This document shows positions 48,638 through 59,950 of a stretch of DNA of 64,000 nt, piece after piece; position 1 is the stretch's first letter; each line of letters begins with the position of its first letter. The translations under genes were made by a program, and so were the position numbers. The DNA comes from Mobula birostris. Its lineage: Eukaryota. The notes under the pieces are model-generated. The model saw nothing but the letters and a program-made list of their open reading frames with translations, ran no database searches and was not told where the DNA came from. The stretch is taken from NCBI RefSeq assembly GCF_030028105.1, contig NC_092370.1, positions 182,786,647 through 182,850,646 of the forward strand. Direction: 5' to 3'.

Positions 48638-49664
48638 TGTCGCTTCTCCCGGGTAAGCTGTCCCCCCAAACAGTACTCAAACAGGAGTACCTGTTGTTAA
48701 GGGGCACAGCCACCGGGGTACTCCCTATTACCTGACCTTTCCCCTTCCCCCTCCTAACCGTGACCCACTTGTCTGCCTCCCGTGGCCCCGGCGTGACCAC
48801 CTGCCTGCAGCTCCTCTCTATCACCTCCTCACTCTCCCTGACCAGACGAAGGTCATCGAGCTGCAGCTCCAGTTCGGTAACGAATAAGGTTGATGAACTT
48901 GTAGGACAATTACAGATTGGCAGGTATGATATTGTAGGCATTCCTGAATCATGGCTGAAAGAAAATAATAGCTGGGAGCTTAATGTCCAAGGACACACTT
49001 TGTATTGAAAGGACAGGCAGGAAGGCAGAGGGGGTGGCATGGTTCAGCTGGTAAAAAATGAAATCAAGTCATTAGAAAGAAGTGACATAAGATGTGAAGG
49101 TGTTGAGTCATTGTGGATAGAGCTAAGGGACTGCAAGGATAAAAAGACCCTGATGAAAACTATATACAGACCCCCTCTAAACAGTAGTAAGGATGTGCTT
49201 TACAAGTTATTATGGGAGATAGAAAATGCATGCCAAAAAAGGGGATTTCATTATGCAGGAAATCGCAGGATGGTGCTGGATTCCAAGAGGAAGAATTTCT
49301 AGGATGCCTACAAGATGGCTTTTTACAGTAACTCTTGCTTGAGACCACCAGGTGATCAGCTATACTGGATTGGCTGTTATGTAATGAACTAGAATTGATT
49401 AGAGAGCTTAAGGTAGAAGAACCCTAAGGGGCAGTGAACATAATGTGATAAAATTCACCCTGAAATTTAAGAAGGAGAAGCTAAAGTCAGATATATCAGT
49501 ATTACAATGGAGTAAAGGGAATTGCAGAGGCATGAGAGAGGAGTTGGCCAGAATTGATTGGAAAAGAACAGTTGGTAGTCCTTGTGCAGGATTCGTTAAA
49601 GGTTAATTTGCAGGTTGAGTCTGAAACGAGGAAGGCAAATGCAATGGTAGCAATAATTTCCTGA

Positions 49665-50580
49665 GCCCCCTCCTTCTCTTTACTCTCTGTATACCCATGA
49701 CTATGTCGCCACCCACAGCTCCAATCTGTAATTAATCTTGTTGATGACACTACATTGATTGGCCTACTCTCAAATAATAATGAGGCAGCCTACAGAGAGG
49801 AAGTCATCAAGTCATCACCCTGACACAGTGGTGTCAAGAAAACAACCTCTCCCTCAATGTTGCAAAAGCAAAGGGGCTGGTTGTGGACTACAGGTAGAAT
49901 GGAGGCAGGCTAACCCTTATTGACATCAATGGATCTGGGGTTGAGAGGGTAAGCAGCTGTAAGTTCCTCGGCACACACATCACCGAGGATCTCACTTGGT
50001 CTGTACGTACTGAATGTGTGGTGTAAAAAGCACAGCAGCGCCTCTTTCACCTCAGATGGTTGAAGAAGTTTGGCATGAGTTCCCAAATCCTAAGAACTTT
50101 CTATAGGGGTGCAATTGAGAGCATTCTGACTGGCTGTATCACTGCCTGGTATGGGAACTGTACTTCCCTCAGTCACAGGACTTTGCAGAGAGTGTTGCGG
50201 ACAGCCCAGTGCATCCATAGAGGTGAACTTCCTGCTATTCAGGACATTTACAGAGACAGGTGCGTAAAGAGGGCCAGAAAGATCACTGGGGATCAGAGTC
50301 ACCCCAATCACAAACTGTTCCAGCTGCTACCATCTGGGAAACGGTACCGCAGCATAAAAGCCAGGACCAACAGGCTCCGGGCAGCTTATTCCACCAGACC
50401 ATCAGACTGATTAACTCACACTGATATAATTGTATTTCTATGTTAAGTTGACTGTCCTGTTGTACATACTATTTATTAGAAATTACTATAAATTGCACAT
50501 TGCACATTCAGACAGAGATGTATTGTAGATTTTTACTCCTCACGTATGTGAAGGATGTAAGAAATAAAGTTAATTCAATT
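49665..50580 (+). mobile_element. Rex1/Babar-type LINE 3' part
   Basis: LSPLLLSL, VDDT, ORF 50060-50410; aataaa plus (aattc) tail. Confidence 0.82.
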
Positions 50581-50589
50581 CAGCTTACT

Positions 50590-51210
50590 ATTTTTCCCCT
50601 TGATATGTTGTATATCCATTGTGAACACTAATAGGTAAGCCAGATGGCACTGATGCTGTGTAGACCAAGGGTCTTTTATTTTGGCCATCACTTGCATCAT
50701 TGAGGTGGGGCAAGGAGAGCACTCAGACTCCAATAATTCAACTGTCTGCAAAAGGAGAGTTTTCAGTGATGGAAATTTATTGTGTTCAGACAGTTGCTCT
50801 AATAGAATCACCACTCTCAATGCTATGGAACTGCTGAGCAACGCCACCACGTAGTAGAATTTGGTGTGGTTTGCCGTGATTTCTTGCAGCACAAATTGGG
50901 CCTCGGCTTGTAAAAACCGGACAATGGCATCTTGCTCCCCAAATTCTGGCAATTTCCAAGTGGCTGTGTTGGTTGACACGTTGAATAACTCTGGAATCAT
51001 CTTGGAACTTTGGGGTCACCAATATAGGTCTTCACAAATAAAAAGGCATGAGGCGTTTTATATTTAAGAAAAACCATAACAACTTATTTATTGTAATCAA
51101 AACTCTGAAAACAGCATGGTAACAGTACTTCATGTAATTATATCATCACATCGGACCAGTCTCTTAAGTGAACCCCAACTCAATGTTGGTGGTTGTGAAT
51201 TATGTATGTC
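50590..51210 (-). mobile_element. Gypsy LTR retrotransposon remnant (LTR, PBS, gag start fused to RNase H end)
   Basis: PBS TGGTGACCCC (tRNA-Trp-like, 51012-51021); gag KLPEF...FLQAEAQF...TKFYYVV; RNase H tail DIQHIKGKN in ORF 50575-51000. Confidence 0.75.
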
Positions 51211-51514
51211 TTATATTCTGTTATTGCTTTCTTTTATCCTACCTCATTGCACTGTTGTAATTAAATAATCTGTATGCCTGGCATGCAAAAGAAAGTTTTT
51301 CACTCTACATATGACTATTAAAAACCAATTTACCAATTTACTTTCATTTACCTTCAACAATATCTGCAATATTGTAATCCCATGTGTGAATCAACATTGA
51401 TGCTATACACATCAAACTCCTTAAATTAAATTTGATGCAATCAACTTGTGCAATCTCCCACATACCTTACTATGCCCAGGTGTACTATGCCAACTGGAAT
51501 GCCTTAATATTTCT

Positions 51515-52265
51515 TCAAGGACAGTGGGCCAAGTAATGGCAGATAGAATTTAATTTGGGCTCGTGAAGTGCCGCATTTTGGTAGGAAAAACCAAGGCAGG
51601 ACTTATGCAGTCAATGGCAGGTCAATTGAGAGTGTTGCAGAACAGAAAGACTTAAGGATACAAGTATATACTTCTCTGAAAGTGGTGACACGGGTAGACA
51701 GTGGTGGTGATGAGGATGTTTGGTAAACTTGCTTTTATCCATTGAGTACAAGAGTTGGGATGTCATGAAACAGTTGTACAAGGCACTGGTGAGACCACAT
51801 CTGGAGAATTGTTTGCAGTCCCCTTTGCCTAGCTATATGAAGGCTGCCATTAAGTTGAAAAGGGTGCAGAAGAGATTTACAAGGATGTTAATGAAACTTC
51901 TTCACACAGAGAGTGGTGGGAGTATGGAATGAGCTGCCAGTCGAGGTGGTAAATGCGGGTTCTTTTTTAACATTTAAGAATAAATTGGACAGATACATGG
52001 ATGGGAGGTGTATGGAGGGATATGGTCCGTGTGCAGGTCAGTGGGACTGGGCAGAAAATGGTTCAGCACAGCCAAGAAGGGCCAAAAGGCCTGTTTCTGT
52101 GCTGTAGTTTCTATTTCAAGAGGACTAGAATATAAAATCAAGGATGTAATGCTGAGACTTTATAAAGCACTGGTGAGGCCTCACTTGGTGTATTAGGAGT
52201 GTTTTGGGCCTTTTGTCTCAGAAAGGATGTGTTGAAGCAGAAGAGGGTTCAAAGGAGGTTCATGA
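51515..52265 (+). mobile_element. Stacked CR1 3' fragments; the last resumes at 55690-56120
   Basis: YKALVRPHL occurs twice; RVVGVWNELP; CR1 continues after the Penelope insertion. Confidence 0.82.
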
Positions 52266-52267
52266 AA

Positions 52268-55261
52268 TTGAAACCATCTCTCACTGCTCCCCATCTGTAA
52301 TTTCTTCGGCTCTTCAACTTTTCGACCACATTTTGACTCAGACTCGCTATCACAGCCATATATCCTTTCTTGGAACGTGCCTCCATCGCCAACTTACTCC
52401 AGTTGGCTTTAGGATTGGTTTCCGAGCCTCTCAATTTGGACCTTCTGAGGATCCCAGGTATTCACATTTTATTGACTCTGCCTCTCGCCGCTTCTCCCGT
52501 CAAGCTCTGAAGGTGACTCTCTCCGCCATGAGGAGGTACTTGGTGTCCCTATCCCAGACCCTTCCACACCTTCGGGACACTTTCTTCGCCGTCTGTAATG
52601 GTCCTACCCGTTATTTCATCCTCCGTCGGATTCACGCCTGCAATCGCTGTTTTTTTGACTTTGTCATGTTAGGCAAAGATCGCAAGATCCTACATCTACG
52701 GACTCCAGAGCCTGCTGGCCATGAAACTAGCAGGCATGAACTTCAGATTGCCTCTGCCATTGATCTCGCCGGCTCCAACACCTCAGGGCATATTCAAAAC
52801 CCGGACTCCAGCAACGACCATGGACACCTTCACAGCGATTGCGCAACCACCAACTGAGACTCCAGCCTTGAACTCCAGGCCGGGTCTTTATGTGCTGCTA
52901 TTGTGACTCCCGTTTCCCCTTCCCCCACCAATACTCTGCAATCTCGTCTCCTTCAGATCCCATCGTCAGCTCCTGGGTACTCAGAGGCTCCACCTTCCTC
53001 TCACCCCAACCCTCCCCTCTCCATTGACACCCCCAGCCTCTGCCCTCCCACCTCTGATCCCAGCTCTCATCTGTGCCGGGTCTTTACCATCCCCTCCGAC
53101 CTTCAACTGTCGGAGGCAGAACGCTCTGTCCTCAGTAAGGGCCTCACCTTTGTCCCCATTCGCCCACACCTCAGCGAGTTCTGCATTCGCCATGATGCGG
53201 AACTCTTCTTCCGCCGTCTCCGTCTCCGAGCCTACTTCTTCGGCAAGGACTCTTCCACCCCCACCGATGACCCCTTCTCCCATCTTCAACCTTCCTCTTC
53301 TTCATGGACAGCCCGCTCTGGGCTTCTGCCTGCTCTGGATCTCTTTATTGTTAACTGTCAACGGGACATCAACCGTCTCGACTTCACCGCACCTTGTCCC
53401 CATTCCAACCTCACTCCTTCGGAACGCTCTGCTCTCCACTCCCTCCGCACTAATCCTAACCTTATTATTAAACCCGCCGATAAGGGGGTTGCTGTTGTAG
53501 TCTGGCGTACTGACCTCTACCTTGCCGAGGCACAGCAACAACTCGTGGATACCTCCTCTTATTTACCCCTCGATCGTGACCCCACTAAGGAGCACCAGGC
53601 CATTGTCTCCCACACCACCACCGACTTTATCCACTCAAGGGATCTCCCATCCACTGCTACCAACTTTATAGTTCCCACACCTCGCACTTCCCGTTTCTAC
53701 CTCCTACCCAAGATCCACAAACCTGCCTGTCCTGGCCGACCTATTGTCTCAGCTTGCTCCTGCCCCACCAAACTCGTTTCTGCATACCTCGACATGGTTT
53801 TATCCTCCCTTGTTCAATCCCTTCCTACCTATGTTCATGACACTTCTCACGCTCTTAAACTTTTCGATGATTTTAAGTTCCCTAGCCCCCATCGCTTTAT
53901 TTTCACCATGGATGTCCAGTCCCTATATACTTCCATCCCCCATCAGGAAGGTCTCAAAGCTCTACGCTTCTTTTTGGATTCCAGACCTAATCAGTTCCCC
54001 TCTACCACCACTCTGCTCCGTCTAGCGGAATTAGTCCTTACTCTTAATAATTTCTCCTTTGGCTCCTCCCACTTCCTCCAAACTAAAGGTGTAGCTATGG
54101 GCACCCGTATGGGTCCTAGCTATGCCTGCCTTTTTGTTGGGTTTGTGGAACAATCTATGTTCCCTGCCTATTCTGGTATCTGTCCCCCACTTTTCCTTCG
54201 CTACATCGACGACTGCATTGGCGCTGCTTCCTGCACGCATGCAGAGCTCGTTGACTTTATTGACTTTGCCTCCAACTTTCACCCTGCCCTCAAGTTTACC
54301 TGGTCCATTTCCGACACCTCCCTCCCCTTTCTAGATCTTTCTGTCTCTGTCTCTGGAGACAGCTTATCCACTGATGTCTACTATAAGCCTACTGACTCTC
54401 ACAGCTATCTGGACTATTCCTCTTCTCACCCTGTCTCTTGCAAAAACGCCATTCCCTTCTCGCAATTTCTCCGCCGCATCTGCTCTCAGGATGAGGCTTT
54501 TCATTCTAGGATGAGGGAGATGTCCTCCTTTTTTAAAGAAAGGGGCTTCCCTTCCTCCACTATCAACTCTGCTCTTAAACGCATCTCCCCCATTTCACGT
54601 ACATCTGCTCTCACTCCATCCTCCCGCCACCCCACTAGGAATAGAGTTCCCCTGGTCCTCACCTACCACCCCACCAGCCTCCGGGTCCAACATATTATTC
54701 TCCGTAACTTCCGCCACCTCCAACGGGATCCCACCACTAAGCACATCTTTCCCTCCCCCCCCTTCTGCTTTCCGCAGGGATCGCTCCCTACGCGACTCCC
54801 TTGTCCATTCGTCCCCCCCATCCCTCCCCACTGATCTCCCTCCTGGCACTTATCCGTGTAAGTGGAACAAGTGCTACACATGCCCTTACACTTCCTCCCT
54901 TACCACCATTCGGGGCCCGAAACAGTCCTTCCAGGTGAGGCGACACTTCACCTGTGAGTCGGCTGGGGTGATATACTGCGTCCGGTGCTCCCGCTGTGGC
55001 CTTTTATATATTGGCGAGACCCGACGCAGACTGGGAGACCGCTTTGCTGAACACCTACGCTCTGTCCGCCAGAGAAAGCAGGATCTCCCAGTAGCCAGAC
55101 ATTTTAATTCCACATCCCATTCCCATTCTGACATGTCTATCCACAGCCTCCTCTACTGTAAAGATGAAGCCACACTCAGGTTGGAGGAACAACACCTTAT
55201 ATTTCGTCTGGGTAGCCTCCAACCTGATGGCATGAACATCGACTTCTCTAACTTCCGCTAA
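52268..55261 (+). pseudogene. Penelope RT + GIY-YIG endonuclease ORF (one stop at 52855, one frameshift ~54760)
   Basis: KPADKG, FYLLPKIHK, MDVQSLYTSIP, GVAMGT, RYIDD; linker CKWNKCYTC; VIYCVRCSRCGLLYIGET...RFAEH. Confidence 0.92.
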
Positions 55262-55555
55262 TGCCCCACCTCCCCCTCGTACCCCATCTGTTACTTATTT
55301 TTATACACACATTCTTTCTCTCACTCTCCTTTTTCTCCCTCTGTCCCTCTGAATATACCCCTTGCCCATCCTCTGGGTTCCCCCCCCCCTTGTCTTTCTT
55401 CCCGGACCTCCTGTCCCATGGTCCTCTCGTATCCCTTTTGCCTATCATCTGTCCAGCTCTTGGCTCTATCCCTCCCCCTCCTGTCTTCTCCCATCATTTT
55501 GGATCTCCCCCTCCCCCTCCAACTTTCAAATCTCTTACTCGCTCTTCCTTCAGTT

Positions 55556-55591
55556 AGTCCTGACGAAGGGTCTCGGCCTGAAACGTCGACT
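55556..55591 (+). ncRNA. Minimal type I hammerhead ribozyme
   Basis: AGUC-CUGACGA-AGGGUCUCGGCCU-GAAAC-GUC-GACU. Confidence 0.82.
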
Positions 55592-56309
55592 GCACCTCTT
55601 CCTAGAGTTGCTGCCTGGCCTGCTGCGTTCACCAGCAACTTTTATGCGTGTTGCTTGAATTTCCAGCATCTGCAGAATTCCTGTTGTTTCCAGGATTAAA
55701 TGGCTTGTCTTTTGAAGAGTGCTTGATGGCTCTAGACCTGTATTCACTGGAAGGCAGAAGAATGATGGGTGACCTAATTGAAACCTATTGAATGGGGAAA
55801 GGCCTTGATAGAGTGGATGTGGAGAAGATCTTTCCTCACAACCTCGAAACAGAGGGGTGTCCTTTTAGAATGAAAATGAGGAGGAATTTCTTTCTCCAGA
55901 GAGTGGTAAATCTGTGGAATCCATTGCCACAGGCAGCAGTGGAGGCCAAGCCATTGTTTACATTTAAGGCAGAAGTAGATAGATTCTTGTTGGTCAGGGC
56001 ATATGGAGCAACGGCAGGAGTTTGGGACTGAGAAGAAAATTGGATCAGCCATGATGAATGGCACAGCAGCCTCGATGGGCCGAATGGCCTAATTCGGCTT
56101 CTATGTCTTATGATCTTATGGAAAGAGAGTGAGACTCTTGCATGTGCTATTCTTATACACCCTAAGGCATCAGAACTCGAAACTTGTGCTGCGGCAGCCA
56201 AGGCAATCAATAGGAAAGAGCTACTGCATCTTTGATTGGGCCAATCAATGATCGACACACCAGAAGTGGCTTTGGACTGGCAAATAAAACAATCCTTCAC
56301 ATGACACTG

Positions 56310-57160
56310 GCCAATTTCAGATAGGGGTAGGGAGATGTATAAGATTGAGATACAAAAGTTTAGATCAGCTGGTTGAGTGGTGTAGCAACAAACTTACACT
56401 CAACATCAGTAACACCAAAGAATTGAATGTGAACTTCAGGAAGTGGAAGTTGAGGGAACACACACCAGTCCTCACCAAGGAATCAGCAGTGAAAAAGACG
56501 AGTAGTGTCAGGCTACTGTGTGTCAGCATCTCTCAGGATCTATCTTTGGCCCAATATATTGATTGAATTACAAAGAAGGCATGACAGTGACTATATTTCA
56601 TTGGGAGTTTGGGGAGAATTGGTATGTCACCAAAGACACTCACAAATTTCTACATGTGTACTATGGAAAACATTATTACTGGTTGCATCACTCTCTGGTA
56701 CGGAGGGACCACCGCACAGGATCGGAAAAAAGCTGCAGAAATTTGTAAACTCTGTCAGATCCAACATGGACATTAGCCTCCCTAACATCCAAAATATATT
56801 CCAAAGGCAATGCCTCAAAAAAGCAACATTCATCATTAATGACCCCCATCACCCAGGATGTGCTTTTTGCTCATTGCTAAGATCAAGGAGGTGGTACAGG
56901 TGTCTGAAGACACACACGTATCATTTCAGAAACAGCTTCTTCTCCTCTGCCAATGCATTTTGCAATGGACAATCAATCAATGAGCGCTACCTCAGCATCT
57001 GTTTTTCTTCTCTTTCTGCATGACTTATTTAATTTAATTTTCTTCTTTATATATACTTATTGCAATTACTGTTTTTATTATTATTCACATATTGCAAAGT
57101 ACTGCTGCAGCAAAACAATAGATTTCACAGCATATGCTAGTGATAACAAAACTGATTCTG
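56310..57160 (+). mobile_element. Rex1/Babar-type LINE 3' part
   Basis: WCSNKLTLNISNTKEL; CLKKATFIINDPHHPG...FRNSFF; tail aaaactgattctg. Confidence 0.8.
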
Positions 57161-58724
57161 CAATGCTCATCTGGAGCAACAAGAAAAAAGTAAGGCAGTT
57201 AAGAGTGATAGCTTCCCTACTTCACTATTTGGTTTGCTGTCTATGCCACCATAGGACACAGTGCCAGTCAACTCTGGCCTGGTCAGGGAAGCAGGTTATA
57301 TGGATGAAATACTGCAGAAAGTCACGTTCAAGATGTTATTAGATTATTTTACATCAATTTTGCAAGTTACATTCTGATTTATTAAATAATACACTGAATA
57401 AGCCTTTGTCTCCTTACTGTTGTTCAGTGAGAATGGTGAGAAAGGCAGGACTTTAGAAAGAGATTTCACAAAGAGCTAGCAGAAACAAATAAAATTAAAA
57501 TAGATTGAAATAGCATCCTAACAGAGTGTGATCGTTTAAAGGAACAAAAATGATTCTGCATAATTATTCAGTACATCATATTCAGATTCTCCACTTGCTT
57601 CATGTTTTGGTTTGTTATTTTCTGGAGATGAAATGGTATTACAAAATGAATGAAATGAAACAGCGAATTTCATTAGACACATAAGTGAATCCTAGATCAC
57701 ACTTTGAAGGGTTTATGATGTGAGAATGTTGGTTTCAGGGACGGGGTGGGAGTAGGAAGCTATCTGCACAAAATCATTTCAAGCAACAGCATGTTGTAGT
57801 ATTGACCAGTATTGTGATTTTTCATTGTGAACCTTTTCTGCTTATGCATTCTACAAAATACTTCCACAGCCATATTTTACCAAAAGGATCATTCAGAAAT
57901 CATCTAGGAAAGGTAATTATATAAAAATATTCATAGTGAAATATAAAGGCTTAGGGTTTCCTGCAAATATTTGACATATTAATGGCATACGAACCCACTT
58001 ACACTTTTAGAAACATACAGTAGATGAATGAATAGAATACACATGGATTATGATAAAAGATAAGCAGAGAGCAATCAGTCTAAGAGAAGTAATTTACTAA
58101 TTATCTAAATTGTGGAAAAATAGTTAAGAATGAGGTAGGTAATCTATGAATTGGGTAGCTACCTGCCTTAAAATAGAACTGCATATTTTTAAAGCCTAAT
58201 ATAATTAAAATATATTTTCCTGAAGTAAAACATAGCAATGACCACTTTGAGGCTATTTCACTCTCTAATACAAAGTGGAGATTTTCAAGCCCTAGTCATC
58301 CTTCATGCCACTGATGAGAAGTCCATGCTGGAACCACTTGCAATAATGCATTTTGTGTAGCCTTGATTTTGGAGCATTGTAAATGACTTAGACTTCATTT
58401 CTCCAGAGTTATTGTTATCAGGTATACCTTGCACACAACCATCTAAGCATCTCTGTACTATACAGGGGGACTTGCCATGAAGATATGTCTTGAAGCAATT
58501 CAGTATCCAGTTCTGCACTGAATTCCTATCTCTCCTCAATTGAGAGGACAATCCTGACTCTATGATCACTCATGCCCTTGGCCCTGAACTATAACATCCT
58601 GACTACAATTTTACTTCCCTCGGTTTCTCCTCCCCCTTTTTTTGTTTCCCCCATTTTGGTGGCCTTCTCATTCTTTTTCTTCTCTTTCTTCACCCTTATG
58701 ATCTGCCCATCACCTCCATCTGGT

Positions 58725-58905
58725 TGTTGAGTTCTGTTCATTTGGGCTATTTAAGCATTGAGTTGAAATGCTCACTTTTCCCTGTTATTGGTATCTGCAC
58801 AAGGGTGTCGGGGGGGAATTGGGGGTAAGAAAATGGCAGCTTAGTGTACTAAACGTGAATGGGGAAAGTAAAGCTGTTCTCATCTTTATTGTTTGAACAT
58901 TAACA
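58725..58905 (+). repeat. Copia 5' LTR
   Basis: TGTTGA...TTAACA; homologous to 63407-63597. Confidence 0.88.
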
Positions 58906-58906
58906 T

Positions 58907-58926
58907 TGATAGCAAAGGATTGTTTC
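58907..58926 (+). promoter_or_regulatory. Primer-binding site, initiator tRNA-Met
   Basis: TGATAGCAAAGGATTGTTTC matches 17/20 of TGGTAGCAGAGGATGGTTTC. Confidence 0.8.
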
Positions 58927-59084
58927 CAATTATAGGATCCCACCAGCATTCGACGAGAGCAAGCCATATGAAAGCTGGAAAAATGGAATGGGAATATGGA
59001 TTCATGTTATGAAGCTCAAGAAGAAGAAGGCCCTTTCAGTTGTACAGGGGCTTTCATGAAGAGTGAGAAGAAAGACTTGAAGAC

Positions 59085-59950
59085 CTTAAGACATAAGAAT
59101 AGAATTCCTTATGGTCTATGGAGTCTGCTCCAAATCATTGATATACAGCATGAAAAGAAACGGTCCCAATACCAACCTCTGTTGGACACCACCAGTGACT
59201 GGTAGTCAACCAGAAGAGGATCCTTTTATTCCCACTCACTGTCTCCTACCAATCAACCAATGCTCTAGCCATGCTAGTAACTTTCCTGTTATACCATGGG
59301 CTCTTAACTTGGTAAGCAATCTCATGCATGGCACCATGTCAAAGGCCTTCTGAAAATCTAAATGTTTAACACCCTCTATATCCCCTTTATCCATCCTACT
59401 TGTAATCTCTTCAAAATATTCCAACAGCTTTGTCAGGCAAGATTTTTCCTTAAGGAAACCATGCTGACTTTGTCCTATCTTGTCCTGTGTCACCAAGTAC
59501 TCCATAACCTCATCCTTAAACATTGACTCTAACATCTTCCCAACCATTGAGGTCAGGCTAACTGGTCTATAATTTCCTTTCTGTTGCCTCTCTCCTTTCT
59601 CTGCAGACAGTGATATTTGCATTTTTCCAGTCCTCCAGAATCATGCCAGAGTCCAGTGATTTTTGAAAGTTCATTACTAATGCCTCCACAATTTCTACTG
59701 CTACCTCTTTCAGAACCCTAGGATGTAATTCATTTGGTCTAGGTGACTTATGTACCTTCAGGTCTTTCAGCTTTTTGATCACCGTCTCCATTGTAATAGT
59801 AACTGTACTCACTTCTGTTCCCTAACACCCTTCAACACCTGGCACACTGTTAGTGTCTTTCACAGTGAAGTCTGTTGCAACATATTCAGTTAGTTCATCT
59901 GCCATCTCCTTGTCCCTCATTATTATTTCCACAGCCTCATTTTCTAGCAG
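59085..59950 (-). mobile_element. CR1 RT fragment nested in the Copia element
   Basis: ORF 59236-59622: NYRPVSLTS, SQHGF, DFQKAFD. Confidence 0.88.

Larger units (their letters stand above)
45079..48881 (-). mobile_element. Young CR1 LINE (partial ORF1 and ORF2 with an internal deletion)
   Basis: Long open segments for esterase, APE, RT and C-terminus; (TTCTATGT)-like tail at 45079-45105; possible TSD GAATAA (45073-45078 / 48882-48887). Confidence 0.95.
52268..55690 (+). mobile_element. Penelope-like element (Neptune-like), near full length
   Basis: N-terminal domain, RT, Cys-rich linker and GIY-YIG, pyrimidine-rich 3' UTR with a hammerhead; inserted in a CR1. Confidence 0.95.
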
